Positions 6,390 through 15,400 of a DNA stretch of 15,535 nt are shown one piece after another. The stretch's first letter is position 1. The number at the start of each line of letters is the position of its first letter. Under the pieces are notes generated by a model, which searched no databases, had not been told where the DNA came from, and saw nothing but the letters and a program-made list of their open reading frames with translations. This DNA comes from Candidatus Micrarchaeota archaeon (GTDB lineage Archaea; B1Sed10-29), in assembly GCA_964579265.1 (NCBI GenBank), contig CAZOFO010000008.1, forward strand, positions 18,031 to 33,565, read 5' to 3'. Both the position numbers and the translations under genes were made by a program.

Positions 6390-7835
6390 ATGGCTTTGAA
6401 AATCTATAATTCCATGACGAATAAAAAAGAAGAATTCGAACCTCTGGAAGAAGGAAAAGTTAAGATGTATACTTGCGGTCAAACGATCTACGATGATCTA
6501 CATATCGGTAATGTAAGAGCCTACTGCACATGGGATATTCTGAACAGGTACTTTAACTGGAAAGGATACGACGTGTTCCACGTTCAAAATATCACCGATG
6601 TAGGACACTTGACGGATGATGCCGACCAAGGTGAAGATAAAGTAGAGAAAAGAGCCAAAGAAAAAGGAATAATACCTCGAGAACTTGTTACAAAGCAGGT
6701 AAAGAAATACTACGAGGAACTTGATGAGTTAAACATAAAACAACACGATGTGGTTCCAAGAGCAACGGGACACATACCTGAGATGATTGGAGCTATAGAA
6801 AAGATAATAAATAATGGCTATGCTTACGAAGTGAACGGAACAGTATACTTCGATGTGGAAAAATTTGACAAAGAACACGGATACGCGAAGATACCTGGAA
6901 AGAACCTGGAAGAACTGAAAGCAGGAGAAGGAGGAAGAGTAACTGAAGAAGAGTTAAAGGAAAAGAAAAGTCCTCTGGATTTCGCTCTTTGGATTAATGC
7001 AGATCCAGAACACATAATGAAATGGGAAGCGCCCTGGAGCGAAGGATATCCAGGATGGCATCTAGAATGCAGCGTCATGTCAACCAAGTACCTTGGAGAA
7101 AAATTCGATATCCATGGAGGAGGAGTAGACCACAAATTCCCGCACCATCCCAATGAAAGAGCACAGAACTACGCTATTAACGACCTCGAAGAAGAACCTG
7201 TGAATTACTGGATGCACAGTGAATTCCTGACAATAGAAGGAGAGAAAATGAGCAAATCAAAAGGAAATTTCTACACCGTGAAGGAACTGCTGGATAAATA
7301 CGATGGTGAAACCCTCCGAATGTTCTACGCTTCAACCCACTATAGAAAACAAATGGACTACAATGAAGAAAAAATCAAAGATGCTGAAAAGAAACTGGAA
7401 AAACTATACAATGCATTATTCGCTGCAAAGAACTCGGAAGGAGGAGAAAAAACAAATTTAGAGCCTAAAATAAAGGAAACAAAGAAAGAGTTCGAAGAAG
7501 CAATGGACAACGATTTAGATACACCAGGGGCACTTAACGCCCTATTGAAATTCAGCAAAGAAATCAATAAATCTCTAGATAATAAGAAAGAGATTCTAAA
7601 AAAAGCCACTGAGACCATGAAAGAACTTGGAAATATACTAGGACTCAAACTAGATCTTTCTAAAAAAGAAGAACTCAGCGGATCAGAAGAACTACTTGAA
7701 CTAGTAGTAGATATCAGAGACGATTTGAGAGAAATGGAAGAATATGAATTAAGCGATAAAATAAGATCTAGATTAAAAGAAATAGGTATAGAGCTACAAG
7801 ATACTGAGGAAAAAACCAAATGGAAAAGAATTTAA
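6390..7835 (+). CDS. cysS: Cysteine--tRNA ligase
   Basis: YTCGQTIYD..HIGN, DFALW, PGWHLECS, DIHGGG..FPHH.NE (Zn ligands), KMSKSKGN and AMDNDLDTP motifs, C-terminal SDKIR..L...GIEL.D. GGAGG RBS. Confidence 0.98.
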   Translation: MALKIYNSMTNKKEEFEPLEEGKVKMYTCGQTIYDDLHIGNVRAYCTWDILNRYFNWKGYDVFHVQNITDVGHLTDDADQGEDKVEKRAKEKGIIPRELVTKQVKKYYEELDELNIKQHDVVPRATGHIPEMIGAIEKIINNGYAYEVNGTVYFDVEKFDKEHGYAKIPGKNLEELKAGEGGRVTEEELKEKKSPLDFALWINADPEHIMKWEAPWSEGYPGWHLECSVMSTKYLGEKFDIHGGGVDHKFPHHPNERAQNYAINDLEEEPVNYWMHSEFLTIEGEKMSKSKGNFYTVKELLDKYDGETLRMFYASTHYRKQMDYNEEKIKDAEKKLEKLYNALFAAKNSEGGEKTNLEPKIKETKKEFEEAMDNDLDTPGALNALLKFSKEINKSLDNKKEILKKATETMKELGNILGLKLDLSKKEELSGSEELLELVVDIRDDLREMEEYELSDKIRSRLKEIGIELQDTEEKTKWKRI

Positions 7836-7864
7836 TAAATAAAAACGGATAAAGGTGTTCAAAA

Positions 7865-8422
7865 ATGAAGATTGGTGAAGAAGTAAAAGAATTTGAAAAA
7901 GAAGGAAAGAAATTCAAATTAAGATACCTCGAAAGAAGAGATTGGAAGGATCTACAGGATTACATAAATTCCTTGGTGGATGAAGGAGCACTCATCCCTT
8001 TTCACGAAAAATTTGACAAAGAAGAGGAGAAGAGATGGGTTGAAGAAGCACTAAGAAGAATAAGAATAAATAGATCAATTTATCTAGTAGTTAAGCATGA
8101 AGGAAAAGTCAGAGGGATAATTGACGCTACCAGGAGAAATTCAGATGCTAGAAAACACGTAGCTGAAATAGGAATTGGTCTTAAAAAAGAAATAAGGAAG
8201 ATAGGTGTTGGAACTAAAATGATGGAATATATGGAGGAGGAAGTTAAAAGAAAACTTGAAGGTGTTAGAATACTGATAACTGAATGTTCGAGCAAAAATC
8301 AATTGATGAAGTCTATAAATGAAAAAAGAGGATTTGAAGAGATTGGAAGGATAAAAAGAGGTTATAGGACTCCTGAAGGAGAGTTAACTGATAATGTAAT
8401 ATTCATGAAAAATTTAAAGTAA
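7865..8422 (+). CDS. GNAT-family N-acetyltransferase, YhhY/AaaT- or RimL-like
   Basis: RKHVAEIGIGL..EIRKIGVGTKMM (acetyl-CoA motif A, RxxGxG), N......EKRGFEEIG and GE..D...M motifs. GGTG RBS. Starts 29 nt after the cysS stop. Confidence 0.88.
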   Translation: MKIGEEVKEFEKEGKKFKLRYLERRDWKDLQDYINSLVDEGALIPFHEKFDKEEEKRWVEEALRRIRINRSIYLVVKHEGKVRGIIDATRRNSDARKHVAEIGIGLKKEIRKIGVGTKMMEYMEEEVKRKLEGVRILITECSSKNQLMKSINEKRGFEEIGRIKRGYRTPEGELTDNVIFMKNLK

Positions 8423-8447
8423 ATTTTCTTATTCGAAATACTTGAGT

Positions 8448-11309
8448 TTATTCTATCAATATCGCTGGCTTCATAGGTGTTGCTTTATCCGATTTTTCTT
8501 CACTAGATTCATCAGCATCTATCACTTCTATATCTGCTTTGAATCTTTCTTTTAGGTACTCTTGAGCTTGTTTCACTGCTTTCTTTTCTTTTTCCTGTCT
8601 TATTATATCTTCTTCTAAGTCGTATTGGTTTTTCTGTAGATATTGTCCGTATTTTGCTGCTTTTTTCCCGTGTTTCTTTATTTCTTCATCTTTCATTATT
8701 TCGCTAACTATGTTTCCTTCTGTTTTTATTGCTTTTTTATATGCTTTTCTTTTCCATTCTGGAGCTATGAATAGCTTGATTTTTTCTGGTTCTTCCACGT
8801 TAGCTAATTCTTTCACGTTTTGTATGTCTTTTTCCAGGTTTTTGATTGTTTCTTCAGCTAGCTCCGTTTCTTTATCAATCTTATCTTTTTTTACTTCTGG
8901 GTAACTTGATCTTGATACCAGTCCTTGTTCGTCTGTTTTTTCCCAGAGCTCTTCGCATATGAAGGGGGTGTATGGGGTCATTGATTTTATCCATTTCTTC
9001 GCTATTTTCTCTGCGGTCTCTGTATTCAGTTCTTTTTTCCTTTTCTTGTAGTGGTCTATATCGTTCATGAATTCGAATAGTAGCTCGTCTATCACTTTTC
9101 TAAAGTCTTTTTCTTCAAATGCTTCCTCTGCTCTCTTGAGGTGCGTGTTGAATCTTGATTCAAGCCACTTGTCGATGTGTTTTCCTTTTTCTTCTCCTGA
9201 TGATAGTAGTTCTTGTGTCTTTTTCCAGTATTTCTCTAGATTTTTCTTGTAGTTTTCTCCTTTTTCAGGTGTGAAGACTATGTCCGTGAATGGTGAGGAT
9301 ACGTGTCCGTAGAATAGGCGCATTGTGTCTGCTCCGTATTTTTCTGCTGTTTTATCTGCAGATATTTCTGCTCCTCCTTTAGATTTGCTGAGTTTTTCTC
9401 CTTTTCCGGTCAGCCACCAGTTCACTAGTATTGATTTTGGCCAGTATTTCTCTGGCAGTATTGCTACGTGGTTCATTATGAATGGTGGGAAGTGTACTGT
9501 TTTGTGTTCTTTTCCTCCTTCATTCATGTCGTCTGGGTACCAGTAATCAAAGGCTTTTCTTATTTTTTTCAGTTTTTCTTCTTCTAGTTCAGTTGCTTCT
9601 GCTGCTTCTTCTATTGAAACGTCTTCGAGGAATACGTAGTCGAAGAATTCCGGTTCAAGATTTTTTTCCTCTAGTTCTCCTCTGTTAATGAATTTTGAGA
9701 TTATGTAGAATGCTGGGTATAGTGTAGAGTCCGCTATTGGTTCTATTATCCATTCTTCATCCCATGGTAAGGTTGTTCCTAGCCAGTTTCCTTTTCTGGT
9801 TGCTGCTCTCTTATCAAACCAGTCAAGTGTTTCCTGCATGTTTTCGTGGTATTTATCTGGTTTTATATCCATTTCTCTGGCGTGTTCTTTAGTCTTTCTC
9901 GTTAGTTCTTTATCTCCGTAGTCTATGAACCATTGGTCAGTGATTCTTTTTATGTTGACTTTTTCACCGCATCTGCATATTACTTCTTCGGATAGGTCTC
10001 TCAGTATATCTGCTTGGTTCTTTCTGAGCATTTTTTCTTTTACTTTTTCTTTTGCTTTTTCTACTGGCATTTCTGAATATTCTTTGCAGTTTTCGTTCAT
10101 CTTTCCGCTGTGGAATCCTTTTTTGTATATTTGTTTCGTTGCTTCTTCCAGTTTTGGGTCTTTTGAGTCTTCTATGCCTTTTTCTTCGCATATTTCTTTT
10201 GCTGGTAGTTTTCCGTATCCTTTTGAATCTATTATTGGTATTGGTTCTACTTCTTCCATTATTTCTGGGTCGGCACCGTATTTTTCCAGTTTTTCAGGGT
10301 TTTCTTTGAGTTCTTTTATCCCTATCCAGTCGTAGGGTGCGTCTGATGGTACTGAAGTAACTATCCCTGTTCCTTCGTCCGGGTCGCAGAATTTGGATGG
10401 TAGTATGGGTATCCAGTTCTCTATCCCAGGGGCTTTTACTTTTTGACCGATTAGTTCTTTTCCTTTTATCTTTCCTTTTTTCTCTACTTCTTTACCTTGC
10501 CATTCGAACTTTTCAGCAGCTGGTTTTGACACTATCCATCTTTCGCCATCTACTTCTGCTTCTAGGTACTCTGTTTCTGGATCTATGAATAGGTTTGTCT
10601 GTCCGAAAACTGTTTCGGGTCTTAGTGTTGCTGCGGTTAGATAGAGGTCTTTATTTTCTAATTTGAATTTTAGAATCACGTATTCTTGTTCTTCCGCGGT
10701 TCCTCCTTTATCTAAATCCATTTCTGATTCATCCACTGCTACTGGTCCGTGTTCCGGGCAGGATGGTGCGTAGTATTCTCCTTGTTTCAGTAATCCTTTT
10801 TCTTTTAGTTTTATGAACTGCCACTGTATGAATTTTTTGTATCCTGGGTTTATCGTGGTTATCCATGATTCTTTGTCGAATGTTAGGCCGTATCTTTTCC
10901 ACGTGTTTTGATAGGATTTTTCGAATTTTTTAAGTGTTTTTAATGGGTCTTTGAATTCTTCTATTTCTTTTTCGCTTATTCCGTGGTCTTTCAGGTACTC
11001 TATTTTTCCTTTATTTCCGTCTTTTACTTTTTGAGAGATTGAAAGGAGGTTGTTTCCTGTTGCGTGTATTCCTCCAGGGAAGAAGACATTGTGTCCTTCC
11101 ATTTTCTTTTTTCTAGCTATGAAATCGGTGTAGCTGTATCCTCTCATGTGTCCTATGTGCATGAATCCTGTTGGGTTGGGATAGGCGAAGTGCACCATGT
11201 ATTTGGGTTTATCTTTGTCCAGCTGTTCTACCGGTGCTCTGGATAGTTCTTCTTCTTTCCATTTTTTTATCCATTTTTCCTCTATTTCTACGGGTTCGTA
11301 TTCGTCCAT
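8448..11309 (-). CDS. leuS: Leucine--tRNA ligase, archaeal type
   Basis: HIGH and KLSKS motifs, CP1 editing motifs AATLRPETVFGQTN and GTGIVTSVPSDAPYD, plus IEPIADSTLYPAFY, FDYWYP, NHVAI, YGADTMRL and C-terminal KATPMKPAILIE. ATG 11309 is preferred over GTG 11318. Confidence 0.95.
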   Translation of the reverse strand: MDEYEPVEIEEKWIKKWKEEELSRAPVEQLDKDKPKYMVHFAYPNPTGFMHIGHMRGYSYTDFIARKKKMEGHNVFFPGGIHATGNNLLSISQKVKDGNKGKIEYLKDHGISEKEIEEFKDPLKTLKKFEKSYQNTWKRYGLTFDKESWITTINPGYKKFIQWQFIKLKEKGLLKQGEYYAPSCPEHGPVAVDESEMDLDKGGTAEEQEYVILKFKLENKDLYLTAATLRPETVFGQTNLFIDPETEYLEAEVDGERWIVSKPAAEKFEWQGKEVEKKGKIKGKELIGQKVKAPGIENWIPILPSKFCDPDEGTGIVTSVPSDAPYDWIGIKELKENPEKLEKYGADPEIMEEVEPIPIIDSKGYGKLPAKEICEEKGIEDSKDPKLEEATKQIYKKGFHSGKMNENCKEYSEMPVEKAKEKVKEKMLRKNQADILRDLSEEVICRCGEKVNIKRITDQWFIDYGDKELTRKTKEHAREMDIKPDKYHENMQETLDWFDKRAATRKGNWLGTTLPWDEEWIIEPIADSTLYPAFYIISKFINRGELEEKNLEPEFFDYVFLEDVSIEEAAEATELEEEKLKKIRKAFDYWYPDDMNEGGKEHKTVHFPPFIMNHVAILPEKYWPKSILVNWWLTGKGEKLSKSKGGAEISADKTAEKYGADTMRLFYGHVSSPFTDIVFTPEKGENYKKNLEKYWKKTQELLSSGEEKGKHIDKWLESRFNTHLKRAEEAFEEKDFRKVIDELLFEFMNDIDHYKKRKKELNTETAEKIAKKWIKSMTPYTPFICEELWEKTDEQGLVSRSSYPEVKKDKIDKETELAEETIKNLEKDIQNVKELANVEEPEKIKLFIAPEWKRKAYKKAIKTEGNIVSEIMKDEEIKKHGKKAAKYGQYLQKNQYDLEEDIIRQEKEKKAVKQAQEYLKERFKADIEVIDADESSEEKSDKATPMKPAILIE

Positions 11310-11344
11310 TTGGAACACTTGAGAGGTATTTAGTCTTCTCTTAA

Positions 11345-11352
11345 TATAAAAA
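11345..11352 (-). promoter_or_regulatory. TATA box candidate for leuS
   Basis: Minus strand TTTTTATA, ~36 nt upstream of ATG 11309, which implies a short leader. Confidence 0.45.
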
Positions 11353-11425
11353 TTTAACAGATTGTCCTTTAATCTAAAGAGTTCGTTTATTTATTTTGGA
11401 TTGATTGGATTATTGTCCCCAAATC

Positions 11426-11435
11426 TTTTTAAATA
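11426..11435 (+). promoter_or_regulatory. TATA box candidate for the ORF at 11492
   Basis: TTTTTAAATA ~57 nt upstream of the ATG. GGTGA RBS at 11482-11486. Confidence 0.45.
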
Positions 11436-11491
11436 ATGGTTGGTTTAGTAGGATTAAAGATAATATTGATTAAGAAATTTAGGTGATTTAA

Positions 11492-12421
11492 ATGCCTTCC
11501 ATAAGAAAGAAAAAAAATATCCAGAAAGATAAATTTAAACAGGAAAAAGAAGAATTTGAGAGGAAAAAGAAAGAGCTCAAGGAATTAGAAGAAAAAGTTA
11601 AAACTGAAGAAGGACTTTCCTCCTTGGAAAAAGTAGAATACGGTGATTTATATAAGGATGTTGAAGGTAAAAAAGAACTTCAGAGAGTTCGAGATGATGC
11701 TAAAAAAAGAGAAAAACAAGTTCAAAAACTTAAAGATAAACTCAAAACCAAGAAAGGAAGAATAGATATGGAAGCAAGATCGAAAGTAGAGCAGAAAGCA
11801 TTGAGAGGAGATGAAAGAGTTAGACAGGGTATTAAAAAACGTGAAAGAAAATACTTGGAGAATAAAGGTAAAGAGATTAAGACTCAAGATAATAGGCTAG
11901 CGCAGGAAGTTGGTAGAGCTATGGAGAAAGTAGCAGAAGGAGCAAATCCGGAGAGAGTAAAACAAAATTTAAGTGAAAGGGGAAAGAAGGGTCTCGAAGT
12001 TGAAATGAAGACAGCTAAACATACAGCTAGAGAAAAAGGAATAGGTCCAGAGGCTTTGAGTAGAGAACACGAAAGAATAGTGAAGGACGGTAAAAAGAGA
12101 GAACAACAGGCGAAAAAAGCTGAACGTAAAATGGAAACTGATAAAAGAGGTAAATCAATCTTAAATCAGAAAGCACATCGTGAAACGGATAAGAAAATAA
12201 AACAAAATCAGAAGAAAAGAGCTGCAGATAGTATGGGTAAATCTCTAGTTACCACGGGACAAAGAAAGGTCGGTGAAACAATGCAGGAACTGGCAAGTAG
12301 TAGAGGGGAAATGTCACAGTCCAAACTTAGAGAGATTGCAGATAAGAAAAACCTCGGTAGAAAAGAAGTGAACGAAGTTCGAAAAAAGATGAAAGAAATC
12401 GAAAAGCGTGTAAAGAGCTAA
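11492..12421 (+). CDS. Hypothetical basic helical protein with a two-fold internal repeat
   Basis: 309 aa, strong GGTGA RBS, K/R/E-rich, no TM segment. KKRE recurs at aa 71 and 201 with further colinear matches. The stop is 8 nt from the convergent ileS stop. Confidence 0.85.
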   Translation: MPSIRKKKNIQKDKFKQEKEEFERKKKELKELEEKVKTEEGLSSLEKVEYGDLYKDVEGKKELQRVRDDAKKREKQVQKLKDKLKTKKGRIDMEARSKVEQKALRGDERVRQGIKKRERKYLENKGKEIKTQDNRLAQEVGRAMEKVAEGANPERVKQNLSERGKKGLEVEMKTAKHTAREKGIGPEALSREHERIVKDGKKREQQAKKAERKMETDKRGKSILNQKAHRETDKKIKQNQKKRAADSMGKSLVTTGQRKVGETMQELASSRGEMSQSKLREIADKKNLGRKEVNEVRKKMKEIEKRVKS

Positions 12422-12429
12422 TATCTCCT

Positions 12430-15400
12430 TTACAATACGTTAAATCCTATCTTTATTTTCTTGTTTTTAACTTCTATCTTTTTGTTTGCTTCGTATTTGT
12501 CTGATGTACTTTCGGATATTTCTATTTCTCTGGCTCCTGTTCTTTCTTTGATATCTTCTTTCCATTTTTCCAGCTTTTCAGCGGTTTCTTGATCCGTTTT
12601 TATCTTTAGCTCTATATCCTGTTTCTTCTCCAGTCCTTCTTTCTTCCTCATTTGCTGTGTGTGTCTCATTACTTCTCTTGCTGTTCCTTCCGTTTCCATT
12701 TCTTTGTTCATCTCTTTGTCGAGGTAGATCTCTCCTTTGCTGAATTCTCTTACTTCTAGGTTTTCAGGCATCTTTCTTTCTATGTTAATGTGTTTTCTCT
12801 TTAGTTTCACTTCTTTTGTACCTAGATCAAGCCTTGCGAATCCCTGTTCCTCTATGTATTCTCTTATCTCTTTAAGTTTGTCTTCTTTCTCTGTTTTTTT
12901 CATTACTCTTGGAGCATCGCTCTGGAACTCTGCTCCGACTGCTTTCTGATTCAATGTTGTTTTCTTCTCTACTTCAGGAGTTTTTTCCATTACTTCTAAT
13001 TCCTTTACATTGGTCTGTTCTTTTATTATTCTCTCAAGTTTTTCAACTGCTTTTTCAACTTCTTCTTGCTTTGTTTCTATTATTATTTTTTTCACTGGCC
13101 ATCTTATTCCTCTTCCTATTTCGCTTCTTAGTGCTCTTATTGTTTCGTTTACTTCTTGGGCTGTGTTCATTTTTTTCTCTAGTTCTCTGTTTATTTTTTC
13201 TTTTTCCGGTTCTGGCCAGTCGTATAGGTGAATGCTCTCTTCTTTTTTTCTTCCTTTGTAGCTTTCTTGATATATTTTCTCTGTTATGAAAGGAGTAAAT
13301 GGTGCCATTAGTTTGAGAGTTTCAAATAAAGTTTTATCCATGACTGTTCTTACTTTTGAATCTTTCTTGGTTCTTTCTCTAGTGTACTGGATGTATCCTC
13401 TTGAGAAGTCTTCCAGGAAGAAGTTTTTAAGTTTTTTGGCTGCTTTGTGTGGTTCCATTTCTTCAAGATATTTCTTTACTTCTTTTTTGGTTGTGTTCAA
13501 TCTGGAAAGTAGCCATTTGTCTTCTTTCTTTAATTTTTCTTCTCTTATTTCATCTTTTAGTTCTTCTCTGTTTTCTAATGTTCCTTCTATGTATTGATTG
13601 ATGTTGGAGAGTGTTGATAGTTCTTGTTCGGCTTCTTCTCCTGATTCGTATCCTAGAGATGTTTTTGTTTTTGGGTTTCCTTTTATGAATGTCCATCTTA
13701 TGTTTTCCATTCCTATTTTTTCTACTGCTTCGTTCACCCATATTGTGTTTCCTTTGCTTTTACTCATTTGTTCTCCTTTGTCGTCTGTTACTTCGCTGTA
13801 TGTCATCACGTTTTGATACGGTGTTTTTCCTTCTAGCACTACGCTTGATACCATTGTTGTATGGAACCATTTATTTACTTGTTCTCTCATTTCGGTTATG
13901 AAGTCTGCTGGGAACCATTTTTCGAAGTATTTTTTGTCTTTTACATACTTCAATGTTGCGTAAGGTACTAATCCTGAGTCCATCCAGCAATCTGCTACTT
14001 CTTCGATTCTTTCTGATTCTCCTCCACATTCTGAACATTTTATTTTTACTTTGTCTATCCATGGTTTGTGAAGTTCTTTAAGTTGTTCTGTTCCTTCTAT
14101 TGCTTTTTCTTCCAGTTCTTTTCTTGATTCTATGACTTTTGTTTCTCCGCAGTCGTTGCATTTCCATATTGGTAGTGGTGTTCCCCAGTACCTTTTTCTG
14201 GAGATTATCCATTTCCCCATGTTTTCTAGCCAGTTGTAGTATTCTTTTTCAAGGAATTCTGGCTCCCATCTTACTTTGCTGGCTTCTCTTTCTAGTTCTT
14301 CTTTTATTTTTGTTTGATCTATGAACCATTCTCCTTCTGCTTTTCTTTGGATTAATTTTTCATCGCATCTCCAGCATAGTGGGTATTGGTGTTTGTAGTC
14401 AAGTGTTCTGTATAGAATATTTTTTTCTTTGAGTTTTTCAGTGACTTTTTCGTTGACTTCGTTAACGTATTTACCTGTTAACCAGCCGTATCCTTCTTTG
14501 TAGTATCCTGATTCGTTTATTGGTGAGGGTGATGCTAGTTTGTGTTCTTTTCCTAGTTCTTCGTCTTCTTCTCCGCATCCTGGTGCTATATGGACTATTC
14601 CTGTTCCTTCTTTTGTACCTACTTCTTCCCAGGGGATCACTTTGTGTTCAGGTTCTTTTTGTGTTTCGAAATTTGGATGAGGTGGTTTGTATTGTTTTCC
14701 AATTAGTTTTTCTCCTCTAAATTCTTCTTTTATCTCGTATTCTCCTTCCATTGTAGTGTGTACTGCATCTTTTGCCATGTAGTAGATTTCTCCATCTTGT
14801 TTTACTTTGGCGTAGATTTCTTCGGGGTTTACTGCACATACTACATTGGCTGATAGTGTCCAGGGTGTTGTTGTCCATACCATTAAGTTAGCATTTTCCT
14901 CTTCTTTGAGAGGAAGCTTTATGAATATTGATTCGTCGGTTAATTCTGTATATCCGTCTCCTACTTCTTTTTGAGATAGGCTGGTTCCGCATCTTGGACA
15001 CCACCATAGTACTTTTGTTCCTTCTTCCAGTAGATCTTTTTCTTGGCATTTTTTGATAAAGTGCCATACGTGTTCTATATATTCGTCTTTGTATGTGTAA
15101 TAGGAGTTTTCCCAGTCCATCCACTGCCCTAGTTTTATTGAGTCTTCTGTTTGTGATTGGGAGTATTCTTCCACTATCTCTTTACATTTCTCTATGAATT
15201 TTTCTATTCCTATTTCTTCTATTTCTTGTCTTGAGTTTACTTCTAGTTCTTTTTCTGCTTGAAGTTCTATTGGTAGTCCTTGTGTGTCGAATCCATTCTG
15301 GTACCTTTGTTTGTATCCTTGCATTGCTTTCCATCTTTGATATAGGTCTTTATAGGATCTTCCTGCGGCGTGGTGTATTCCCATTTTGAAGTTTGCTGTT

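Noticed and set aside
6824..8295. Minus-strand ORFs inside cysS and the GNAT gene
   Set aside because: Antisense shadows of conserved genes.
7865..8422. GNAT as an AtaT/TacT-type toxin-antitoxin toxin
   Set aside because: No adjacent small RHH-type antitoxin gene, and the motifs look closer to YhhY/RimL-like enzymes.
8710..15124. Antisense and alternate-frame ORFs inside leuS, ileS and the 11492 gene
   Set aside because: Fully nested in strongly supported CDSs. Their composition simply mirrors the host codon bias.
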